Assembly (NCBI GenBank): GCA_965249485.1
Contig: OZ252239.1
Coordinates: 1,760,001-1,824,000 of the forward strand
DNA from: a bacterium
GTDB lineage: Bacteria > SM23-31
Direction of reading: 5' to 3'
DNA: 64,000 nt
Notes under the pieces: model-generated
Database searches by the model: none
The model's input: only the letters and a program-made list of their open reading frames with translations
Told to the model about the DNA's origin: nothing
Position numbers and translations under genes: made by a program
Shown here: in pieces, positions 32,914-43,768 of the stretch
How the letters are laid out: each line of letters starts with the position of its first letter
How positions within the stretch are numbered: position 1 is the first letter of the stretch

Positions 32914-34152
32914 ATGAATGTTGATATAAATATCGATACAAGAGTATTCAATGACGCATATAGACCTTTTTTGGACGATGAAACACGGACGCAGATATTT
33001 TTCGGAGGTGCAAGCAGCGGTAAGTCGCTTTTCCTGATCGGACAGCGGATGATCATCGACCTGTTAAAGGGGGGCCGCAATTACATAGCAGCACGGAACG
33101 TGGCGACGACGCTCAGGACGTCAATATTCAACGAGGCGAAGAAGGGGATAGCGAGGTTCAACGCCGGGCGGTTGTTCAAGATCAAAGAGTCGGAGATGAC
33201 GATCACGTGCGTGAACGGGTACCAGGCGATACTCAAGGGGCTTGACGATGTACACAAGATTAAATCGATCACACCGGAGAAGGGTGTTATTACGGATATT
33301 CTGATCGAGGAGGCGTTCGAGACTTCGTATGAGGATATGAAGGAGCTCAAAAAAGGGCTGAGGGGAAAGTCGTCAGTACCGAAACGGATCACGTTCATAT
33401 TGAACCCGCTGCCACGAACAAACTGGATCTATAAGGAGTATTTCGCCGGGCGGTTCAGTGATGATGACAGGATGTACCGGGATGAGCATTTATTGATTTT
33501 CAAAACGACGTACAACGACAACAGGTTCCTCGAGGACGATGATATATACGAGCTTGAAAACGAGACAAATGAGTACTATTACAATGTGTACACACTCGGT
33601 AACTGGGGTGTGCTCGGCAAGGTTGTTTTCACGAATTGGAGAACGGACGATTTGACTGCCATCAGGAATGAGTTCGATCATTACCGGAACGGCCTCGATT
33701 TCGGGTTTACGAACAGCCCGGCCGCTCTGTGCAGGTCGAGCAAGCGTGACACGACTTTCTACATCACACACGAATATTACCGGCACGGCGTCGGAAACAA
33801 GACGATAGCGGACGATATACTGCCGATCGTGGGCAGGGACCATGTGTACTGCGATTCGGCAGAACCGAAATCAATCGCGGAACTGAGGGGGTACAATATT
33901 AACGCCGTCCCGGCTATCAAGGGGGCGGATTCTGTCCTGTACGGTATTCAGTGGCTGCATCAGTTCGATATTGTGATACACCGGGAACTTCAAAACACGA
34001 TCAACAATTTTCACCTCTACCAATGGAAGAAGAATAAGGATGGCGAGTATTTGAATGTTCCGGTTGACAAGGATAACCATATTCCCGACGCACTGCGGTA
34101 CAGTTATTCCGACGAGATGCGATCGACAAACCCCAAAGTGTGGTTTGCATGA
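32914..34152 (+). CDS. terL: PBSX/SPP1-family terminase large subunit
   Basis: FGGASSGKS Walker A, ILIEEA Walker B, LNP, GLDFGF, CDSAEPKSI, DNHIPDALRY; start taken at ATG 32914. Confidence 0.95.
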   Translation: MNVDINIDTRVFNDAYRPFLDDETRTQIFFGGASSGKSLFLIGQRMIIDLLKGGRNYIAARNVATTLRTSIFNEAKKGIARFNAGRLFKIKESEMTITCVNGYQAILKGLDDVHKIKSITPEKGVITDILIEEAFETSYEDMKELKKGLRGKSSVPKRITFILNPLPRTNWIYKEYFAGRFSDDDRMYRDEHLLIFKTTYNDNRFLEDDDIYELENETNEYYYNVYTLGNWGVLGKVVFTNWRTDDLTAIRNEFDHYRNGLDFGFTNSPAALCRSSKRDTTFYITHEYYRHGVGNKTIADDILPIVGRDHVYCDSAEPKSIAELRGYNINAVPAIKGADSVLYGIQWLHQFDIVIHRELQNTINNFHLYQWKKNKDGEYLNVPVDKDNHIPDALRYSYSDEMRSTNPKVWFA

Positions 34153-34270
34153 GAGATACGTTTACCTAGATAACGTCGTTTGTGCTGTGGGCGGCATATA
34201 CGGTGTTGTTCGGGATGTACAGGGTAGGAATGGGTGAGACTGTTGTGTTAAAATATGATTTCTAATGAGA
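34132..34270 (+). repeat. Direct repeat of the terL 3' end and downstream DNA, copy 1
   Basis: CCCAAAGT.TGGTTTGCATGAGAGA...GGTGTTGTTCGG aligns with 36088-36228. Confidence 0.9.
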
Positions 34271-34419
34271 TGGAACAAATAAGTAAATAAAAAGAATAGA
34301 GTTTTTAAAAAGCTTTAAAATATCTAAGGATATTTTAAAGAAAGTTTATAGTGCCTGCCTAACGTTTAAAGAGACATAAATGATAAGAACATTAAAAGTG
34401 AATTAGGTTAATACAAAAA

Positions 34420-35855
34420 TTAAAAGCCTGCTATAACATAATAAGTACCGGTTCCTCTTCCTAGTCTTTCCAAAAGACCAACTTTAATCAGTCTTTTTAT
34501 TTGACGTCTTGCATTACTAACATCTATATTAAAGTGTTTAGCAAAGTCAGAACTGGTAAATCTTGATTGTTTCACAATAAAGTCTAAATATCCGATTTGT
34601 CTTGTGTCAAGTCTTGCTTTAAACTCAGGTGCAATTTGAATCTCACCTATTTCACGATCACGGCTAAAGAAAGTGACAACAAAATAACCCTCACTATATT
34701 CAAATTCTGGTGCTCCAAGACCATGATCAATTAATAAATCATGCATTTTTTTAAGCCCCCAACCACGCTCTTCCATTAATTTCATTTCGCTTAATGTGGT
34801 TGCAATTCGAGGATTCCTACTAAAGGGCTCAACTTTGAAAGAACGAATTTTTTCAAGTGTTAAAGGTGGTAGAGGCAACCCAGGACTTTTTATGCAGAGT
34901 CTATCATCAAAAAGTTGCACTCTTACTTTAGCGCCTTCATTATAATCTCTATGAGCAATGGCATTGATTAAGGCTTCTCTGATTGCTTCCCATTGATAAT
35001 TATTCGATGTTTCATATAGGATGTAAGAAAGGGTTTAACTAAATATTCTATTAATAATAAAGGGCCTTTTACATCTTTTGAATCAGTTGCATCACCTTTA
35101 TGTGCTTCCATTTTTATTATACTCTGTGGTAAGAAAATGCTAGGATCTTTGCCGAAAAGTAAAATTCCTGCAAGAGTAGGAATACTTTCTTTTGATAAAT
35201 ATCCTTTTCTATACAGTAATTCATTCATTTCCGGAGAATGAATATTAGCGGTTAATCCTGAATAAGCACTATACCTTCGCAACATGTCTTCCGAAAAATC
35301 ATCTCGAGTAGACGCTTCGATAATCATTTTTTCTAAATCGGAAGTTTCTTCAAGAATATGATATTTGTCCTTGATTTGCTCATTTTTTTGATAGTATTTT
35401 ATAAAATCTTTATTCTCTTCATTAATTATTTTTACTAAATCGTCATCAAAAAACTTAACTTCAATATTATGTTTTCTTAAATAAGATATCCCATGACCTT
35501 CTATTTCGGGATTTGGATCGATTATTCCAACTACAACCTTCGAAATTCTTGCATTCCCAATCCTTTCAGCACATGGTTTTTTGGGAGGTTGTCGATATGT
35601 ACATGGTTCAAGTGTGACGAAAAGGGTAGATCCTTCCAAATCTTTATTTCCAAGTAATCTTTCAATTAGGGTATATTCCGCATGATCGCCTTCTCTGAGA
35701 CCTCCTATATGTGTTTTATCGAGTACCTCTCCTTTTGCATTTACCAGAACAGCACCAACTAACGGATCAATTTTATTTGTATGCTCAGATCGAGATTTTT
35801 TCATTTCAGAAATCGCAAGTTCCATGTATTTACGGTCATCGGTATTTTCGGCCAT
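34420..35855 (-). pseudogene. Zn-dependent deaminase fused to an HATPase_c_4 ('RecG C-terminal')-like domain and wHTH; frameshift/short deletion near 34990
   Basis: HAE...TLEPC..PC deaminase; PTLAGILLFGK; in the second frame EAIREALINAIAHRDY, FDDRL.IKSPG, SRNPRIA, C-terminal wHTH G.GTGTYY. Confidence 0.8.
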
Positions 35856-36087
35856 TTACTATTTTCCTAAAATTATTAAAATAATAATTGATTAGATTTA
35901 GATCATTAATATATTGTGATTTGTTTTTTTATTTTAAAGATGGTTTTATTAATTGATAATATTTTGACTGATAAAGTTATTAAATGTACAAATACTTTTT
36001 AATTATTAAAGAAAATTTTCAATTTTAATGACATTTTTTCACGATTTTTAATACAAATTTCTTTTGAATGAGATAGTTAGTTTTTGA

Positions 36088-36228
36088 TCCCAAAGTTTGG
36101 TTTGCATGAGAGACAGGTTTACCTATATAACGCTGTTTGTGCTATGGGCGGCGTATTTGGTGTTGTTCGGCATGTAATAGGAAGGAATAGGTGAGGTTTG
36201 TTGCGTTAAGATATGTGTTTTAATGATG
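36088..36228 (+). repeat. Direct repeat of the terL 3' end, copy 2
   Basis: Alignment to 34132-34270. Confidence 0.9.
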
Positions 36229-36303
36229 GAATGAATATTTTAAAAGAAACTGGTTGGAGAAAAGGAACGATTACTAGTATTTTAGATAAACTTAGATGAA
36301 CTT

Positions 36304-37480
36304 CTATGTATCCCACACTTTTGAGCCATAATTAAGATTAAATAGTTGAATGTGACCGCAGTAAGAACATGTGAATTCATTCAATGGTTCACCGTGGATA
36401 ATAGGATCGAATCCAACTGGTTGTTTATGATGTTTGTGATTCTTTCCGGTATACAATAAATATTCACCTACTCCACATACAAGACAAAAACGCTTCATGT
36501 TGGTATTTAACAGACTTCCGCCCCGATCAAGAATGCTAATATATTTGTTTACTTCTGCAAGCAGTTCGGTTGCGCTAGGCAGACAATATTTTTCATATTC
36601 TATAACACACTTACTAAACAATTCATTTGCAATTAACATTTCTGGTTTATCGGGAAATATTTCTAATAAATTCATTTCAGGATATACAGAATCATTGAAA
36701 TAATGATTTCTTAAATATGATTTACCTGAAACCATTGACCATAGTACCTTACCTATAGTATACACATCAAAAGTAGGTTTTATATCTTCAATCTTCCCTG
36801 TTGCCCATGCTGGCATCCAATCCCTACTACCTACATTTTCATATGAATCGGTAGGTCTCGAGTAATCATCTGCTTCATTAATAATAAGACCAAAATCACC
36901 AAGTATTAATTCCCCATTTGATGATACAAGTATATTTTGAGGTTTAATATCTCTGTGAACATACTTTTTTTCGTGTTTATGTAGTTGTGTTACACCATCA
37001 ATTAGAGGTCTAATTGCTTTAAGTGCACCTATAAGATTTCCTTTAAACATATTTGGATAATTGCTCAACGGTCCTTCTAGGATGATATTCCGAAACAAAC
37101 CATTTTCCTTCAGGATCATGATCTCTTAATTTAAGTAAATTTGGATGATCAATGTCTGCCATAGCTTGAATTTCATTTTTTATTCTCACTTCTTGTGCTT
37201 CTGGGTTTACTGCTTCAGAGATATCGTTAAGGAACTTTAAAGCAAAATGATTTTTTGAGTCTATATTTTGAGAAACGTGAACAATGAACTTCTTAATATA
37301 CTGAAACTCATCTGAAGATCCGGATCGAATATTCATAAGTGAGTTTCTCAAGTTTTTTGCTTGTAGGTCTTCATTATCAAGCTTAGATTTTTCACGAACA
37401 AGATAAACTGTCCCTTGCGCCCCTTTACCAAGCGGATTGTCTGGATCAAAATTAGTCCATTTACTAGAGTATTCCATCAT
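36304..37480 (-). pseudogene. Hanks-type Ser/Thr kinase with a C-terminal Zn ribbon, frameshifted near 37075
   Basis: LGKGAQGTVY, ALK, HPNLLKL in one frame; HRDIKPQN, DFG, DVYTIG, CLVC..CSYC in the other. Confidence 0.85.
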
Positions 37481-37542
37481 TTCCTCCTAATATTAAACTT
37501 GAACGCAAATGGCAAATTAGAAATATCTCAGAGATGAGAAGA

Positions 37543-38160
37543 TTAGTCTCTGTCTATTCCCAAATAAAATTTTAAGCTATTTTTAACTTCATCAATTCCA
37601 TATTCAATGCGATCTTCAAAGTGCATAGGTTCAATAATTAATTGGTATTTATCAAATATCTCACATAGAATATCAATTGAATCATATAATGATTGTATAA
37701 TAGGGGTATTAATATTCTTTACTATTTCGGATTCTTGATCTGTACTATGAGCATAACTATGTGTAGCGAACTTACAAATATCTTTGATACACTTTAACTT
37801 TGTTATTTTTTGAATGTCAATATCAATTTCATAATCTAAAAATGGTTGCGATTCTATTGCTCTATTAGTGTTATCCTTTTTAATATCATTCAGCATATTT
37901 AGAAGAGAATTATTGTTTTTTTTATTCTCTGTTAATCTTCGTATTGCGATACCACCGTACCCAGAAAATCCATAATAAAGCATATATCTACCAAGGATAT
38001 CATCATATTGCTTGGGCAACTCGAGTTCTTTGTTAACGATCTCAATATATTCATTATAAATATTTTTCATAAGAAATAAAACTTTGAATTCACCAAATAA
38101 TCTGTAGTACTTTTTATGATATAAATTTACGAAATGATCACCATAGTATTTATCTTTCAA
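37543..38160 (-). CDS. Helical protein resembling AbiU2-type HEPN
   Basis: IAIRRL.E...SL..ML..I and FATHSYAH at the Rx4-6H position (Arg absent); AT-rich. Confidence 0.45.
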   Translation of the reverse strand: MKDKYYGDHFVNLYHKKYYRLFGEFKVLFLMKNIYNEYIEIVNKELELPKQYDDILGRYMLYYGFSGYGGIAIRRLTENKKNNNSLLNMLNDIKKDNTNRAIESQPFLDYEIDIDIQKITKLKCIKDICKFATHSYAHSTDQESEIVKNINTPIIQSLYDSIDILCEIFDKYQLIIEPMHFEDRIEYGIDEVKNSLKFYLGIDRD

Positions 38161-38489
38161 TTTGAATCCTCTCTAAATTACTGCTTCAACTTGACGCAAT
38201 TGTTCATCCGTTTTTATTACATCAGTAATTATATTTCCGCTAAACAATCAATGATCCGCTTAACTTGAGGGCGGATAAAGGGAGTGACGCCTTCCCTAAT
38301 CGACGGGTGAAAATGTTAGAATATGAAAACCGCAAACTATACGTGAACATGGGCACAATGTAATTCTGGTACGATTGAGAGTAATGATAAAGTCACTTAG
38401 GTTGTATTGTTTGTTCTTGATTCTTCTCAATAAGGAAAATATTGAATCAGGAGTGGTAAGTTAAAAGAAGTCAAATTTATTTAATATTA

Positions 38490-39236
38490 TTATATACCTT
38501 GCCAGCCAGATCGCATTTGTATAAATGTTTCAACTATATTCTTAATCGATTGGTTTATGCTATCAAGAATTAAATTAAAATTATTTTGAAATACATCGGC
38601 TGATACTTTTTCTTGGAGAGATCTGTAATATTCTTGTGCCGCAGCATCTGCAAAATAAAAACGCTGTTCACTCATTTGATTGCCGCGAGAAATCAATGGT
38701 TTATTTTCAATATCGATAAATTTTCTCCGGTAACCTTTAAATAATTTATCCTTATCATAATGACTTGCAATTTTATTTCTAATCATTAGAAAAGCTTTGC
38801 CAAGAGGTGTTTTATTATCCGCACCTTCATTGGCATAATGTATAATTATTCCCCATAGCTCTCGATTTTGGGCACGTACGTGCTTGATTATCTCAATAAA
38901 TCTTTCAGATTCAACTACATCTTTTGAATCTCTAATTAGATTAAAAAGCTCATGTATAAGAGCAATCAACATTTTTTCTACGTAATTCTTTATTCTAGAT
39001 GTTTCACCCCACATAGGAGTAACTGGCGTATCTTCCGGCTTATCAGGTTTTTGATCTTTTGGTTCAATTGACCTAATGTATTCATAATATAGCCATAGAT
39101 TTTTTGTATCATTCCATATTAAAGAAAGAGCTAAAATAAAATTTCATAGCTTCTGGCTATTTTTTTCGTTACCTAAAAATGCTTCTTTTTCAAATGCTTC
39201 CAATGGTCTAAGTTTTGCGATACTTTCGGAAATCAT
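38490..39236 (-). pseudogene. HEPN-like protein with an in-frame TGA near 39145
   Basis: IRNKIASHYD (Rx5H); the frame extends upstream to ATG 39236 across one TGA. Confidence 0.55.
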
Positions 39237-39314
39237 ATCTTTTCTTATTTCTATCCTTTATCGTTTATTATATTTATATCCTTTTTTGCCATTTTGTTAA
39301 TTATTATATGAATA

Positions 39315-40670
39315 TTACCTCTCTGCAGAATGGTGTTCTTTCATCACTATTGATACTTTGTGAATAAGAAAAAAGATTGAAATTACATTAGCGGTGATCA
39401 GTATGGCATTAAATAGGTCACCGACGCTCCAGATTGTTTCAACCTTGATAAAACCAATAGCAATCATACTACAGAATCCAACGCGGTAGTATTTTTTGGT
39501 TCGTGATCCAAACACATATGAAAAACATTGCTCTCCGTAGAAACACCATGCGAGTAAGGATGATAATCCAAAGAGAAACGATGATACAAAGACGATATAC
39601 CCCCCATAATGACCATATAGTGTTTGAAAAGCTGACGTTGTGAGGGCACTGCTCGTTGTACCCATTGTCCATACACCGGTAATGAGAATCGTCAACGCAA
39701 CTAATGTCGATACTACGGTATCAATAAATACTCCGAACATTCCGATAAGACTCTGCTCGTGAATATTATCTACTTTAGCGGCACTGTACATCATGGGTTG
39801 ACTTCCTGATCCTGCTTCATTCGAATAAAAACCACGAGCTACTCCATACCGTAAAGCATACATTATCGAAGCACCCGCAAATCCACCTGTCGCACTGGCA
39901 GGTGTAAATGCTTTCTCAAAGACTAATGTGATAGTCGCGACAAGCAGATCAATGTTAAACACGATTAATATTGATCCCATGACCATGAACATGAGGACCA
40001 TAAATGGTGTAATCTTTTCTAACGCCCGTGCAATTGACCATATCCCGCCGATTGTAATAATGAAGGTTAACATGGCAAGGAGCGCACAAACCGGCAATAA
40101 CGGCGGCATCCATTCCGGTACCCATGAGAAATCAAATGCTGAATATGCGGCAAGTGAGACGGAATTTGACTGCATTGTCGTCGTTCCAAAAAGGGCTTTG
40201 AACGCCACCGCCAATGCATATATGACCGCAAGCCATTTGAGTTTGAGTACTTTTTGGATATAATACATGGGACCGCCGGAATAGGTGCCGTCAGAGCTTT
40301 TTTCACGGCTCATCAAAGCAAGTAATGTCTCAGAGTATACTATAATCATTGCGATGAACGAAGCAACCCACATCCAAAATAGTGCTCCCGGCCCACCTAA
40401 ATAAATTGCAGTTGGAATTCCGGCTAACGTTCCGTTTCCTATTATGCCACCTAAAGCTCCAAAGAGCGACTGACGCGGGGTTATATTTCCTTCTCCTGAT
40501 CCCGTATGTTTTGTAAATGTGAGTTTTGCCGCTTCAAAGAATTTTGTAAATTGTATTCCTTTCAAATGAACGGTGAAATATATACCGGCTATGCAGAGTA
40601 GAATCAGCATCTGAGGACCCCATAGCCATGTAGCGATACTTTGGATGGATTCTGCGAAGATGTTACTCAT
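39315..40670 (-). CDS. Alanine/glycine:cation symporter (AGCS family)
   Basis: GGPGALFWMW, GGPMYYI, GVARG.YSNEAGSG, GVFIDT. Confidence 0.92.
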   Translation of the reverse strand: MSNIFAESIQSIATWLWGPQMLILLCIAGIYFTVHLKGIQFTKFFEAAKLTFTKHTGSGEGNITPRQSLFGALGGIIGNGTLAGIPTAIYLGGPGALFWMWVASFIAMIIVYSETLLALMSREKSSDGTYSGGPMYYIQKVLKLKWLAVIYALAVAFKALFGTTTMQSNSVSLAAYSAFDFSWVPEWMPPLLPVCALLAMLTFIITIGGIWSIARALEKITPFMVLMFMVMGSILIVFNIDLLVATITLVFEKAFTPASATGGFAGASIMYALRYGVARGFYSNEAGSGSQPMMYSAAKVDNIHEQSLIGMFGVFIDTVVSTLVALTILITGVWTMGTTSSALTTSAFQTLYGHYGGYIVFVSSFLFGLSSLLAWCFYGEQCFSYVFGSRTKKYYRVGFCSMIAIGFIKVETIWSVGDLFNAILITANVISIFFLIHKVSIVMKEHHSAER

Positions 40671-40679
40671 AGATTTCTC

Positions 40680-41969
40680 TTATATATTTGTTACACTTCC
40701 TGCTAAGGATCGAAACCGATTAATATCGAGAAGAGTTATATCAAACGCAGGCTTCTCATGAGTGGTAATTTGGGCGGTGATCTCGCCGGTGACCGGACCA
40801 AGTGCCATTCCGATCATGCCATGCCCCGATGCGATCGTTACATTGGTGAAATTATTCAATCTCCCAAGCACGGGCAAACTGTCCGGAGTAAGCGGCCGTA
40901 ATCCACACCACGCGTCCCGGATACACTGTTCCGGAATTGTGATCCCCGGCAGATATTCCAAAACATTCCTGACCATTGCGTCAACACGCCGCCTGTTTAC
41001 CGTGAGGTCCATACCGGCAAGCTCAAGCGTTCCACCGATTCTCAACGTGTCATTCATCGGGGTAACGATAACTTTACTTTCGGACAGATAAACCGGAAAA
41101 TCAGGCGCATTCGGCGGTCGCGGGATTGTCAGGCTATATCCTTTGGCAGGTTGTATCGGCACGTTATAATTCAAGTGTTTCGCAATACCGGCTGACCATG
41201 CTCCTCCGGCAATAACAATCTCATCAGCTTCAAGTTCACTCCGATCCGTTTTAATCACGGTGATCGTACCATTCTGTTGATCAAATCCGAGAACTTCGGT
41301 TGAAGTCCTGATCTGAACTCCGTTCGATTCGCAGATTTGAGCGAGTTCTTTTACGAAACGGTGTGGTATTATGTGGGCGTCCCGTGGAAAATATATTCCT
41401 CCGTGAATCGTCATTTCCATTTCCGGTACGATGTTTTTTAATGACTCACCCTGCACCACGTCAAATTCGATCCCGAGTGTACGGAGCTTTTCATACTCAT
41501 TAAGAGCAGACTGAAATCCATGTTCAGATCGGCATGCAAGTAACATTCCTTTACGATCAAATATAGTGGGATCGCTCAATGCCGGGGATATCTCGTTAAA
41601 ACGCTTTAAACTTTCCAATTTCAATGTGTGGATCAGTTTTATTGCACGGATGAACCGCTCTTTATCTACAGATGCACGGTAAAATTGCCACAGCCACAAA
41701 AACAGCCCGATACTTAACCGGGGTTTTATATAAAACGGGCTTTCCGGATCGAGAAGCCACTTAATTCCCTGAGATATGACGCCCGGTTTTGCCAACGGCA
41801 TGCTCAGACTTGGCGCTACGAGCCCCGCATTACCGTACGAAGAACCTGAACATATTTCACTCTTTTCAATCAGAGTGACACGTGCTCCTTTTTTTGACAG
41901 GTAGTATGCCGTACAAACGCCGATGACGCCACCGCCGATAATTACCACATCCGGTCTGTTTTTCATCAA
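40680..41969 (-). CDS. D-amino acid dehydrogenase-like FAD oxidoreductase (DadA family)
   Basis: IIGGGVIG, GSSYGNAG, PAKGYS, WCGLRP.TPD, GHGMIG. Confidence 0.9.
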   Translation of the reverse strand: MMKNRPDVVIIGGGVIGVCTAYYLSKKGARVTLIEKSEICSGSSYGNAGLVAPSLSMPLAKPGVISQGIKWLLDPESPFYIKPRLSIGLFLWLWQFYRASVDKERFIRAIKLIHTLKLESLKRFNEISPALSDPTIFDRKGMLLACRSEHGFQSALNEYEKLRTLGIEFDVVQGESLKNIVPEMEMTIHGGIYFPRDAHIIPHRFVKELAQICESNGVQIRTSTEVLGFDQQNGTITVIKTDRSELEADEIVIAGGAWSAGIAKHLNYNVPIQPAKGYSLTIPRPPNAPDFPVYLSESKVIVTPMNDTLRIGGTLELAGMDLTVNRRRVDAMVRNVLEYLPGITIPEQCIRDAWCGLRPLTPDSLPVLGRLNNFTNVTIASGHGMIGMALGPVTGEITAQITTHEKPAFDITLLDINRFRSLAGSVTNI

Positions 41970-42125
41970 ACTATTCCTTATGAAGGTTCACTCCAACCAC
42001 GCGACCAGAGCATTGAACCAGGATCTCGTATGCATTCAATCCCATTAACGTTGTTAAGCATTTTGTTTTATGTTGTAAGAGGAGGACGGGCGGTTGTGTT
42101 GAAATCTATGAGATACATTTGACTA

Positions 42126-42168
42126 TTTCAAGTCTTATCTGCTTCGGCGGATGTGCGATTTGCGAAGC
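42126..42168 (-). repeat. Cassette-junction element copy (with -35 TTGAAA, 17 bp, -10 TAGATT)
   Basis: + strand TTTCAAGTCTTATCTGCTTCGGCGGATGTGCGATTTGCGAAGC, 1 bp from the M24 stop. Confidence 0.7.
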
Positions 42169-42169
42169 T

Positions 42170-43678
42170 TTAGCGAATAAGACGAATTTCCCTGAGCGGA
42201 GGAGTTACATACTCGACTCCTCGTTCGGTGACAACCGCACCGTCATGCATTTGTATCATTAAATATTTTCCTTCACCCCAGTCGGGCATCGGAATATAGA
42301 CGGAGTATTCAAAAAAGAAGTGGTGATTGAGCGGGATTTTCATATCATGGTGCCAATCCGGACCATACGAACCGATCCTGGGGGCAGGAAACGTTGACAT
42401 TTCCTGTGATGCGGCATGTGCGTCGATATTAACCTGGGTTTTATCAGGATCCACATCTTTGGAATATTCTCCGCTGTCGTTAACAATAAACCCGGCTTCA
42501 TCAAGTTCCCGCCTGGAGGTTTCATATATTTCCGTACCGGTACGACCCACCTTGATGTTATCTTCTAAAATATCATGGATTTTCATTACATCTGCCCAGG
42601 CTTTATTGATCTCTGGAGGCGGTCCCGTCTCTCCTTCACGAAGCACATAGCCGATTTCATCTATGTGCTCATAGTAGTTCCCGAATTTCAATTCCAAACC
42701 GGAGGCGCCATGATAACTACTATGATATCCAAGCCTTAGATGAATCAGGTCGCCTCTCCGGATCACATAGTCATCGCTTCTTTCAGCCGCGGCGGACCGT
42801 TCCGGATCCAACGGTGCAGCCCAACCAGTTCTCTTTCCGTCCTTATCAACGATATAATGAGCACCTTCAAGACTGGGGAATTTGGTTACACCCGGCACGA
42901 TTTTAGCCCAATCTCTCTCATGAGTCTCTGCGATATATTTTCGCATTCTCTTATAGAGTGCGAATTCGCTTTTCACTGGCCTCGATATGTAATCATGTAA
43001 CAGATATTCAGACGAGACCAGCCTCTTTGCATATTTATCACCAAGAGCTTTTGCCAACAGGATGTAGTCTGTATGCGAAATGCCGTCTTCTGAGATGTCA
43101 CCCACGTGTGATCCATGCTTTTCCAGGAAATTTACACCAATGCGTTTGGGATCACGTTCGGCAACAAATTCTCCAATGCCTTTAAACCGGTGATCAAGTT
43201 CCGTTAGCGCGCCTCCCGGATATTCCTTCCGTTCAGTTGCTTCGCCGATTATGTCGTAGGCTCCACTTTCTTCAACCAATTCCGCCGAAAAGACGGTCGA
43301 GATCTCCGCGATTCCTCCGCTCATCACTGTCGTCTTACTCAGACGTCTCGTCTCCTCATTGCTCGAACCCAAATCTACAAATCGGCGACCGAGAATTGCC
43401 CGTTCGATCCTGTCACCGCCACGATCGGTAAAGATGAAAACACCAGACGCACTCCCCAGGTCTTCCGCACCAAAGGGATCAGAAATCGCTTCTCTGATGA
43501 TATGAATCCACATGTCGATATTGTTATCCTTCATTACCTGCGGTAGGATAAGGTCAAACTTATCCCGACGAATCTGATTTTTCATTTCCTTCAGATCGTC
43601 CTCTTCCTGAGCCTGAACATTAGCACACGGTAGTGTGAACAGCACAGCAATACAAAGTACCATTACCCGAGATATCAT
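42170..43678 (-). CDS. Secreted M24-family (Xaa-Pro aminopeptidase-like) protein, paralog 1
   Basis: Signal peptide, LP..M..N.IDMWIH, ERDPKRI.VN, DGISH, KVGRTG, V.TERGVE. Confidence 0.8.
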   Translation of the reverse strand: MISRVMVLCIAVLFTLPCANVQAQEEDDLKEMKNQIRRDKFDLILPQVMKDNNIDMWIHIIREAISDPFGAEDLGSASGVFIFTDRGGDRIERAILGRRFVDLGSSNEETRRLSKTTVMSGGIAEISTVFSAELVEESGAYDIIGEATERKEYPGGALTELDHRFKGIGEFVAERDPKRIGVNFLEKHGSHVGDISEDGISHTDYILLAKALGDKYAKRLVSSEYLLHDYISRPVKSEFALYKRMRKYIAETHERDWAKIVPGVTKFPSLEGAHYIVDKDGKRTGWAAPLDPERSAAAERSDDYVIRRGDLIHLRLGYHSSYHGASGLELKFGNYYEHIDEIGYVLREGETGPPPEINKAWADVMKIHDILEDNIKVGRTGTEIYETSRRELDEAGFIVNDSGEYSKDVDPDKTQVNIDAHAASQEMSTFPAPRIGSYGPDWHHDMKIPLNHHFFFEYSVYIPMPDWGEGKYLMIQMHDGAVVTERGVEYVTPPLREIRLIR

Positions 43679-43730
43679 GACGTGCTCCTCTTTTGGCTTA
43701 TGATGATAAATATTAAGAGAATCATTGAAC

Positions 43731-43768
43731 TTTTACAAGGATTTTCTGCTCCCAGCCCTCTACGATTT
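43731..43768 (-). repeat. Cassette-junction element copy (with -35 TTGTAA, 17 bp, -10 TAATAT)
   Basis: + strand TTTTACAAGGATTTTCTGCTCCCAGCCCTCTACGATTT. Confidence 0.7.

Noticed and set aside
34357..34413. GCCTAAC...GTTAATA as an attC site after the deaminase fusion
   Set aside because: The ends are not complementary, no convincing L boxes, single occurrence
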